From positions 14-64,013 of the IMG/VR virus record IMGVR_UViG_3300020180_000003: 64,000 bases of DNA, one strand, 5' to 3'. The notes under the pieces are model-generated. The model was not told where the DNA came from. It did not search any database and was given only the letters and a program-made list of their open reading frames with translations. Position numbers and translations under genes: made by a program. This DNA is from a virus. Taxonomy: Duplodnaviria > Caudoviricetes. Shown here one piece after another: positions 30,028 through 37,137 of the stretch (position 1 is the stretch's first letter; each line of letters starts with the position of its first letter).

Positions 30028-30305
30028 TAGGCCATCACCACGCGCTGCACACCGAACTGCATTCGATACGCGCTATGACTGTCGGCGTGCATCGCTGGTT
30101 GACGGCGAAACACCGTGAATGGCACCGGCCCCAGCGCCATGCCTAGGATATTGTGCAGCGCATAGCCAGCGATGCACGCCGACAGGAGCCGCATGGTGAC
30201 CGGTAGCAGCCGCCCGGCATCGGTTGACGTGATGTGCGTCTCTCTGGCAAGCAGAACAGCGACAACGCCGATGATAATAGTCAAAACGTACTGGATGATT
30301 GTCAT
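30027..30305 (-). CDS. Small membrane protein
   Basis: Two hydrophobic segments; coupled ORF. Confidence 0.55.
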   Translation of the reverse strand: MTIIQYVLTIIIGVVAVLLARETHITSTDAGRLLPVTMRLLSACIAGYALHNILGMALGPVPFTVFRRQPAMHADSHSAYRMQFGVQRVVMA

Positions 30306-30745
30306 TTCTGTTTACCCTTCTTCGCGTTTCGCCAGGCATTCTTGCCTTCGCTGCAACTTGATTCCAACCACGGCTGGCCTGCCTTCCACGCTGGTGGCAT
30401 CTGTCCGGCGTGACGTGCTGCCCAGGCCTGATTGCGCTTGTCGATGTACGGGCCATAGACGCGAAACGTACCCGTTCGTAGGATCAGGTATTCAGCCCAT
30501 GACGCCGCCTTTGCGGATACTGTGACCTCGGCCACTTGCAACGCCGGAACCATGCGCCCTAGGTGGTCAACTTGCTCGGTATACTCCTTGAATCCGTGAA
30601 TCACCACCCCATACGGCTGTAATGCGCCTGTGATTTGGTCACGTGCCGGGCAACAATATGGCTTGGCGACAATGATTGTGCGCGTAGCGCTGCCACCGAA
30701 CGCTGATTTAATTTCCGTGACCAATTCACCAAACATCAGCGCCAC
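30302..30745 (-). CDS. Hypothetical protein
   Basis: Coupled ORF. Confidence 0.55.
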   Translation of the reverse strand: MALMFGELVTEIKSAFGGSATRTIIVAKPYCCPARDQITGALQPYGVVIHGFKEYTEQVDHLGRMVPALQVAEVTVSAKAASWAEYLILRTGTFRVYGPYIDKRNQAWAARHAGQMPPAWKAGQPWLESSCSEGKNAWRNAKKGKQK

Positions 30746-31203
30746 TCCGTGAAAGTCTGATCTTCGGCGTCATCGTCATCACTATCCATGTCCCACAGAG
30801 CAGCCGTTGCGGGTTGCGCCAATCTGCTCTGGGCGTCCGTCAACAGCTTTGCCTGCTGTGTGGCTAGACTATTGACGCGGCGTGCATCCAGCACGGTCAG
30901 TTGTGCCGCTGCACGATTCATGGCTGATTCACCCTGACTCATAGCCTTGAAGGATTGCAAACGGTATTTGTCGATCTGTGCGTCATTCGCATTGAATTTG
31001 GTTATGGCGTCCAGTGTCATTTTTTGATTCATGTGGGCGAACATGGCACCACCCGCAAACACAATCACGCCGACCAGTGCGAAAATCACCAGCACGGTAT
31101 AGTCTTTGCCGATTGCCCCGTCTAGCCACCACACGGCTAGCCCGATGAAACCCAGCACGGCTGCTAATTTTAGAAAGTCCCACGTCCCATCATGGTTGTG
31201 CAT
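30736..31203 (-). CDS. Two-TM membrane protein
   Basis: MHNHDGTW start with GGAGG RBS; two hydrophobic helices. Confidence 0.6.
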   Translation of the reverse strand: MHNHDGTWDFLKLAAVLGFIGLAVWWLDGAIGKDYTVLVIFALVGVIVFAGGAMFAHMNQKMTLDAITKFNANDAQIDKYRLQSFKAMSQGESAMNRAAAQLTVLDARRVNSLATQQAKLLTDAQSRLAQPATAALWDMDSDDDDAEDQTFTEWR

Positions 31204-31327
31204 TGCTATCCCCTCCCCATTCTCTGATGGGCAAACAACAACCCGATGAATGTTATCGACAGAACAAGCAGCAACCCCGCCTGCCCAGCCGATAAACTCA
31301 CGACCTGATTTACCCAGAGGTCGATCA

Positions 31328-32698
31328 TCAGTCACCCCCAGCCGCGCGGCGTGGCAGACGAATAATTTTGGTATCGACAACGGGCTCGATCCGATCCAAT
31401 GCCTGATTGATTTTTGCCGTCCAGGTATTCCCCGCAAATGGCTTGCCAAACGCTGCTTGTGACGCCGCGCTTTTGCTCATGCCAGGAACCCACACGCTGC
31501 GCAATCTAGCCACCATTCTGCTGATCTCATCCTCTACTGACGGCTCTACTGACGGCTCTACTGACGGCTCTACTGACGGCTCTACTGACGGCTCTACTGG
31601 TGGCTCTACCGCACTGCTCACACGAGTGAAAACAGGAAATTCCTGTGCAGTAGAGAAAGCAGTAGAGGTCACACCACGCCACTTGCGCCCAATGCGCGTA
31701 ATCAATGATTCGCTGGCTACTTCATCCAACAGGTACGACTGGTAGCGGATGCAATCCAGGCCCGTGACATACAAAAACGCACCTTTGCCGGGCAACAGTT
31801 CGGCGTGCGTGCCCGGCCGGCCGGCTGCACAACTGGCGGCGCTTGCATCAGCGACCAACCCAACACACCGCGCTGAGAAATTATTTTTGATGGTTGAATC
31901 GCCCATCGCTTTGCCGGTCGGATGCTGGGTTGCAACCAACAGATTGATGTTGGCAGCTCGTCCCTTGCATACCAGTTCACCAACCAAACGCATACAATCA
32001 GCGTCGGCGGTCAGGTCGGCGTACTCGTCGATCACAATCAACAGGCGGGGCATGGCGACACGTTTAGCCTGTCGGCGTGCCATTTCATTGACGGCATCGG
32101 CAAGCACGGTTGAGGCACGGCTAATGGTTGTCGCCAGTACAGTGGCATGGGGCAATCTAGCCAGTGGCACAAGGTCAGTATTCTTCATATCGATCAACAG
32201 AATCCGCAGATCGTCGGGCGACGTATTCCAGCACAATGGCAATAACATATTCAGCATTGCCACACTCTTGCCCGCGCCGGTTGTGCCTGCTATCAGGACA
32301 TGCGGCGCATCGCTGAAACTGTGCCATAGGTCACGCGCCGCGCCGTCGTATGTGCGTCCCAGTAGCATCGAATGTGGTTCGCCGGTCAACGCTTCGGCAT
32401 TCCATAGCAGCGGCTTGCGGTGTGGATGTGTCACCTCCAACCGCAACGGGTGACGCAACAGGCGCACCAGGGTTTTCGTCCGGCGCTTGTTGCTGATAGA
32501 TTCGCTAATCTCCGGTAGGCGGCGCTCGATGTCGCTAATCGCCTGCCCTGCGACGGCACGCAGGCCGTAGATGACAAGCTGATCGCCGCCGACCACGGCC
32601 CAGGCTGGTTTCGTTCCGGCTTTCAGTTTGAAAGCTCGGAGCGTGGCGTTGATTGCCGAAATTTCCGACAGCAGATGTTGGCGTAGTTTGTCGTTCAT
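31328..32698 (-). CDS. FtsK/SpoIIIE-family ATPase (DNA translocase)
   Basis: APHVLIAGTTGAGKS, LIDMK, LLIVIDEYADL, GRAANINLLVATQHP. Confidence 0.92.
   Translation of the reverse strand: MNDKLRQHLLSEISAINATLRAFKLKAGTKPAWAVVGGDQLVIYGLRAVAGQAISDIERRLPEISESISNKRRTKTLVRLLRHPLRLEVTHPHRKPLLWNAEALTGEPHSMLLGRTYDGAARDLWHSFSDAPHVLIAGTTGAGKSVAMLNMLLPLCWNTSPDDLRILLIDMKNTDLVPLARLPHATVLATTISRASTVLADAVNEMARRQAKRVAMPRLLIVIDEYADLTADADCMRLVGELVCKGRAANINLLVATQHPTGKAMGDSTIKNNFSARCVGLVADASAASCAAGRPGTHAELLPGKGAFLYVTGLDCIRYQSYLLDEVASESLITRIGRKWRGVTSTAFSTAQEFPVFTRVSSAVEPPVEPSVEPSVEPSVEPSVEPSVEDEISRMVARLRSVWVPGMSKSAASQAAFGKPFAGNTWTAKINQALDRIEPVVDTKIIRLPRRAAGGD
31531..31609. repeat. 12-bp tandem repeat (VEPS)n in the FtsK linker
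   Basis: (ctctactgacgg) x about 6. Confidence 0.9.
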
Positions 32699-33219
32699 GC
32701 TCCGGCCTCCTCTGACTTGCTGCGTGGCTTGCGCTTGCGCCGGTTAGCCTGTTGCTCTTTGGCCGTGGCCCATCGGCAATTACCCGGGCTGTACCCTTTG
32801 TCATTGTCGATACGATCTATGCTCTTACCTGGTGGCCGTTCCCCCATGTCTGCGTAGAAATTCGCAAAGCTAGTCCAGCGTTCGCAAACGGCTATGCCGC
32901 GTCCCCCGTAGTCGGCATATTGTTTGTGGTTTGAGTTAGTGCAGCGCTGGATCACATGTGCCCATGTCACGTAAGTGCTGGTGCCGGTCAGCCCGTGCGT
33001 GGTGCTGCGCTCGGTGCTGCTCTCGATACGGCGCTCGGCATTAAGACAGCCACATCTGCGCGTAGCCCCGCCTTGCAGGTTGTCACCCCTCACTGTGGTC
33101 TCCTGTCCGCACTCACATCGACACACCCAGCGGGCATTGCCGCTACTGGCATTCGCCGCCCTGCTGATGACGGTCAACCGGCCGTGGTTTTGGCCGGATA
33201 TATCAATTAGCTTTGTCAT
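32695..33219 (-). CDS. HNH homing endonuclease-like protein
   Basis: GRLTV..WVCRCECG, YGGRGIAVCERW, SIDRIDNDKGYSPGNCRWAT..Q..N. Confidence 0.9.
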   Translation of the reverse strand: MTKLIDISGQNHGRLTVISRAANASSGNARWVCRCECGQETTVRGDNLQGGATRRCGCLNAERRIESSTERSTTHGLTGTSTYVTWAHVIQRCTNSNHKQYADYGGRGIAVCERWTSFANFYADMGERPPGKSIDRIDNDKGYSPGNCRWATAKEQQANRRKRKPRSKSEEAGA

Positions 33220-33434
33220 AGTGTCACCTTGCGCGGGAACGTAGCCACCGCGAACACGGCTGTAAGCGCCAGGCCAACCCATAAAGTCGTTGGGATAGCC
33301 ATAATGGACACCGCGACGGCCACCACGGCCACGATAAGCAGAGTGACAAGCAGCAGGGCTTGCAGCAACGTAGCCTGCCATGCTGTGGCGTCACGTACAA
33401 CGTGGGACGTTCCAAATACGATAGTCGATAGCAT
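33216..33434 (-). CDS. Small hydrophobic membrane protein
   Basis: MLSTIVFG start with GGAGG RBS. Confidence 0.55.
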   Translation of the reverse strand: MLSTIVFGTSHVVRDATAWQATLLQALLLVTLLIVAVVAVAVSIMAIPTTLWVGLALTAVFAVATFPRKVTL

Positions 33435-33512
33435 ATTGCCTCCGGTAAATGGATTATGGAGGGCAAACAAATGCCCACCAAAACGATAGAAGATTACCGT
33501 TAGATGGGCATG

Positions 33513-33600
33513 TGCTATACTTGGTATAGCCTGCCCGTTAGGTCTGCTCTAACGGTTATGGGTTACAGGGTGGATAGGTGTTTGCGCACCTGCTACCCTG
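33513..33600 (+). ncRNA. Putative antisense regulatory RNA (extended -10 promoter plus two hairpins)
   Basis: TGcTATACT at 33513-33521, then CCGTTAG/CTAACGG and CAGGGT..AGGTG/CACCT..ACCCTG stems. Confidence 0.4.
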
Positions 33601-33746
33601 GTACAATCTAGATACTGAGTCGAACGCTGCCAGACTTAACATCGGGTAGGCTGCGCAGTCGTGACATTTCTGCCTTAGCATCGGCCTCGTTCACGAGTTT
33701 TGAATGCTTCGTGCCCCGCATTGATTCCCACACGATTTTGATTTTT

Positions 33747-34001
33747 CTATTCGCCATGATTTCCCCCCCGACTATAGCGCTGCTTGATATGGCTAGCTAT
33801 CCCTAGCAGGCGCAACGATTCAGTATATTCATTGCCGGTGAACTTGGTTGCCAGTGCCCCGGCATTCAGCGACGTAATGTCTCCATCTTTGCCGACAATT
33901 GCACGTAACTTGTGGCCGACTCTAGTCGATAGCCGCACAGCGCAATGCGCCTGTATGCGCCGGTACACTTTTTGGCACTGCGTAGGCTCCGGTCGGTTCA
34001 T
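33747..34001 (-). CDS. Hypothetical protein
   Basis: Coupled (ATGA) to the upstream ORF. Confidence 0.5.
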   Translation of the reverse strand: MNRPEPTQCQKVYRRIQAHCAVRLSTRVGHKLRAIVGKDGDITSLNAGALATKFTGNEYTESLRLLGIASHIKQRYSRGGNHGE

Positions 34002-34258
34002 AACTGTTTTGCCTTATCCGCAGTCAGTGCCGCCATCTGTGCATGTAACCGCATTAGCTCACCCTCTAGGCTTTTCAGTCGCCCCCCTAGTCCTTGTACC
34101 ATCAGGCGCAATGACTCAACGTCCAGGCCCGTTACATCCTGCCCGGCGTCAATCGAGCGTAGCAGATTAGACAGGTAGTCGCCCCTTTTGCGCTCACCTC
34201 TGGCCAACTTGTTGAGTAACTCCCCGATCCCATCGTCTACCGACAGGTTTAGACGTTC
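33998..34258 (-). pseudogene. RHH (CopG-like) gene apparently lacking its start, abutting the last CRISPR repeat
   Basis: Frame reads ERLNLSVDDGIGELLNKLARGERKRGDYLSNLLR from the first base after the repeat; in-frame TAG inside the repeat. Confidence 0.55.
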
Positions 34259-34470
34259 CCCCTAACCCCTGCGCGTGTGGGGCGACCGTTTGCCCCGGCC
34301 AATGACAATTCCTGTGCAGCCCCTAACCCCTGCGCGTGTGGGGCGACCCTCGATACGTTGTTCGTGGTTCTGCAACGTTGCCCCTAACCCCTGCGCGTGT
34401 GGGGCGACCTGTTTCCAGGTCAACGAGTTTGGCAGACGCATCCCCTAACCCCTGCGCGTGTGGGGCGACC
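34259..34470 (-). CRISPR. Mini CRISPR array: 4 identical 29-bp repeats, 3 spacers of 32 bp
   Basis: Repeat (minus strand) GGTCGCCCCACACGCGCAGGGGTTAGGGG at 34259-34287, 34320-34348, 34381-34409, 34442-34470; unique spacers; 61-bp period as in type I-E. Confidence 0.97.
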
Positions 34471-34597
34471 CCTATTACGGCAGTCACCCGCAAGGTTATC
34501 CACGCTTACAGGGTTCCTAGTTCATCGGCGCACTATCGTGCTGTCCTCCCTAGGCCATTTTAACGACCACGGTGTAGGTACTCCCGCAGTCGGCGCA
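34471..34597 (-). ncRNA. omegaRNA/tracrRNA-like scaffold with anti-repeat
   Basis: Stems CGACUGCGG/CCGUGGUCG, CCUAG/CUAGG, GCAC/GUGC; segments AACCCUG..GCGUG and GGGUGACU complementary to the repeat. Confidence 0.75.
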
Positions 34598-35770
34598 TTA
34601 GGCTGCGCTTGCCAATCTAACGGCCTCATTGCGAATATTGATTGCAGCGTTGCCGTCTCGTTCGTGTTCAGCCCCACAATCAGGACAAGCCCAGGTTCGT
34701 ATTGACAATGGCAGTTCCTTGACCTTTTCACCACAATTAGAACAGGTCTTGCTGCTGGCGAACCAGCGATCTACAGCGATGACCTTGCCGCCAACAGAAA
34801 TAGACTTGTATTGCAACTGTAGGCGCACTTGATACATGCCTGCATCGCTGACGGCTTTGGCTAATCGGCGATTCTTGACCATGCCTTTGATATTCAGGTC
34901 TTCCACTCCAATCAATCCATATTCGCCAACGATTTCCGTTGTCATCTTATGGGCATTATCCCTGCGAACGTCAGCAATGCTTGCATGTAGCTTGGCAATT
35001 TCCAGTTTTCGCTTTTGGTAGTTTCTCCCCTTCACGTCTGCATCACGCATTCGCTGAAACGACCGTTGCAGTTTTGCGAGCTTGCGTTGATGTTGTTTTA
35101 GCGCCTTGGGGTTGCGATAAACCACCCCGTCGCTAGTGACGGCCCGATACCTGATTCCCATATCAATCCCGACCGTCTTCGATATGTCGGCGGTCTGTTC
35201 AAGGTCGGCGACTTCGGACTGTACGGCAAGATACCAGTACCCGCCCGTGTAGCTGACGCGTCCGCCCAATACTTTCCCTTCAAAGCGCAAAGGTTCGGCC
35301 ATATTAACGGCCCCGTCTGGGCAGCGTGAAATCATGACGCCGTGACCGTCAAACTTCATTCCGCCATTGTTAGCAAGTCCAAAGGACGGCGTTACCTTGT
35401 CGCGTGACTTGAAGCGCGGCCAACCAAACGGCTTCCCGTCCTTGCGCGGTTTCCAGCCTACTGGTGCCTTCAAGGTGCCTTTTTTCCTTAGATCAAAGTA
35501 TCGGCTGATCGAAGATTGTAAATCTTGAAAGGCGTACTGATTGGCGTAGGTTTGTACTTCTGCCACAAAAGGTGCAAATTCTTCCTGATTGCGCCGACGA
35601 TTAAACTCCTTCTTTAATTCTAGAATTTTGGGCTTCTCGCCACGTGTTAACCCGTTGTTGTATTCAGCCAACGCCCAGTTCCATGTAAAGCGGGCGATTC
35701 CTGCGCACTGCCAAAAGTAGCGAGCCTGTTCGTCAGTTGGGTTCAATCGTATTCTGTGCGCCCGAATCAT
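34598..35770 (-). CDS. tnpB: TnpB-family RNA-guided endonuclease (Cas12-like, CRISPR-associated)
   Basis: N-terminal HTH (IRLNPTDEQ), RuvC-I GIDMG, RuvC-II VEDL, Zn finger CSNCG/CPDCG, RuvC-III RDGNAAINI; catalytic D-E-D intact. Confidence 0.95.
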   Translation of the reverse strand: MIRAHRIRLNPTDEQARYFWQCAGIARFTWNWALAEYNNGLTRGEKPKILELKKEFNRRRNQEEFAPFVAEVQTYANQYAFQDLQSSISRYFDLRKKGTLKAPVGWKPRKDGKPFGWPRFKSRDKVTPSFGLANNGGMKFDGHGVMISRCPDGAVNMAEPLRFEGKVLGGRVSYTGGYWYLAVQSEVADLEQTADISKTVGIDMGIRYRAVTSDGVVYRNPKALKQHQRKLAKLQRSFQRMRDADVKGRNYQKRKLEIAKLHASIADVRRDNAHKMTTEIVGEYGLIGVEDLNIKGMVKNRRLAKAVSDAGMYQVRLQLQYKSISVGGKVIAVDRWFASSKTCSNCGEKVKELPLSIRTWACPDCGAEHERDGNAAINIRNEAVRLASAA

Positions 35771-35831
35771 CTAGAACTCCTATCCACAATATCGCCAGAA
35801 TGACTGTATGCCACCTAGATTTGATTTTATA

Positions 35832-36050
35832 CTATATTGCCGTGTATTCCGGTGTTGCGCTTGTTTCTAGCGCCTCTATGCGCTGTTCATGATTATCTAG
35901 TCGTTTCGCAATTGAGTCGTGGTGTCGATAATCACGAACAAACATTTCCACCAACGCGGCGCGTCCTTTGGTGCCTTCCACTTTACAAATCTTATCCATT
36001 GCATCTATCGTCTGTTGAGATAATCGCAATGACAAAGGTTTATTTGCCAC
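35832..36050 (-). CDS. RHH-type DNA-binding protein
   Basis: GTG start with GGAGG RBS; KPLSLRLSQQTIDAMDKIC...RAALVEMFV. Confidence 0.7.
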   Translation of the reverse strand: MANKPLSLRLSQQTIDAMDKICKVEGTKGRAALVEMFVRDYRHHDSIAKRLDNHEQRIEALETSATPEYTAI

Positions 36051-36089
36051 ATCGCCTCCGTAGTCCGTTCGTATCACCATTTGGGCTAC

Positions 36090-36119
36090 ATTCTAACACG
36101 ACTCCATCCCCCGTGTCAA
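36090..36119 (-). promoter_or_regulatory. Sigma70-like promoter for the RHH-tnpB-scaffold-array unit
   Basis: TTGACA-N18-TAGAAT with TG extension. Confidence 0.65.
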
Positions 36120-36529
36120 GCACCAGTTTTCAATGGTGTCCGTTCTGTGCGGTTGTAGCATTCGTTGATGCGCGCCCGCAATGTTTCGCGCTCGGCATCG
36201 CTCAGTCGGAGCCAGGGTCGCACGCTTTGAGCGATGGTCGTTTCGATACGCGGTGCGGGGCGTTTCTCTGGGCGTGGCGACGCTCTGGCTTTTTTGCGCA
36301 GTGGCGGCTGGCGCGGCGTCCCGGCAATCTCCTGCTGTGTGCGGCGTTTCACGCAACCGCAACTCCGCACTTTGCCTTTAACAATGTCGGCGGCGGCCAC
36401 GTTGCGCGTACCGCCACAATCGCAGAGGCATTCCCAGAGGATGCCGCCGCTTTTGTTTTTGCCGACCACGCGCACGGCTACCAGTTTCGTCGATCTCATC
36501 CCTGCTACGTTCAATGACTGCCTGATCAT
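36116..36529 (-). CDS. Protein with HNH-endonuclease-type N-terminal Cys domain
   Basis: LWECLCDCG...VRSCGC resembles the N-terminus of 32695..33219. Confidence 0.55.
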   Translation of the reverse strand: MIRQSLNVAGMRSTKLVAVRVVGKNKSGGILWECLCDCGGTRNVAAADIVKGKVRSCGCVKRRTQQEIAGTPRQPPLRKKARASPRPEKRPAPRIETTIAQSVRPWLRLSDAERETLRARINECYNRTERTPLKTGA

Positions 36530-37137
36530 TTCGTTTGCCCCTTTCGATACAATTTGAAACAATTACTACACATCGTTGTCAGCGGCCACGCCCGTCGATC
36601 CCTGGCCGTCTGCGCTGTCACCCACTGCGCTTGCACCGACCGACCGCAAAGGCCCACGGTGCCCATATCGCGGCTGATGTGGATACGTGCCCCATTTCGC
36701 CCGATTAGCGCCCATTGCGGAGGCGCCGGAGGACAGACGCAGCCGTTGATGCACCCGCAGTCAGAACACACGATATCGGCGGCGGGTAGCTGTTCGCCGT
36801 AGACGTACCACGGCGCCGCAGCTAGTGTTTCGATATCGGCCAACACTGGCGCAAACTCCATGGAGCGGCCCACATTGTTGGCCGCGAATAGGCCGCATAA
36901 CATTTCGGCATAATGCCGGCTCGCGATCGGATCGGGCCCAACCGGGATGACTGGCACACACCGGCCTGGATGTTGGGCATTGGTGTAGCGTCGGCCCTCC
37001 TTCTCCAGCGACGTACCGCCACTAATTGCCGACAGAGGCCAGCGAATTTCGACAATCCAGAACAGCCGGTGCAATTCGTTCTGACGAGATGCCCCGGCGA
37101 TGACTTTGCGCTGGAAGGTGTTAGTCTGGGTTGACAT
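36526..37137 (-). CDS. Hypothetical Cys-rich protein
   Basis: Coupled ORF. Confidence 0.55.
   Translation of the reverse strand: MSTQTNTFQRKVIAGASRQNELHRLFWIVEIRWPLSAISGGTSLEKEGRRYTNAQHPGRCVPVIPVGPDPIASRHYAEMLCGLFAANNVGRSMEFAPVLADIETLAAAPWYVYGEQLPAADIVCSDCGCINGCVCPPAPPQWALIGRNGARIHISRDMGTVGLCGRSVQAQWVTAQTARDRRAWPLTTMCSNCFKLYRKGQTK

Noticed and set aside
34288-34441. Lethal self-targeting spacers
   Set aside because: The best self matches I found by eye are 22/32, 19/32 and a 13-nt block; I saw no full match, though the search was not exhaustive.
34336-34734. Short ORFs over the array and scaffold (34336..34563, 34397..34705, 34522..34734)
   Set aside because: They are translations of repeats or overlap tnpB; the region is better explained as RNA.
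34598-35770. Ordinary autonomous IS605/IS607 element
   Set aside because: No TnpA or serine recombinase is adjacent, and the right end is a repeat-spacer array.
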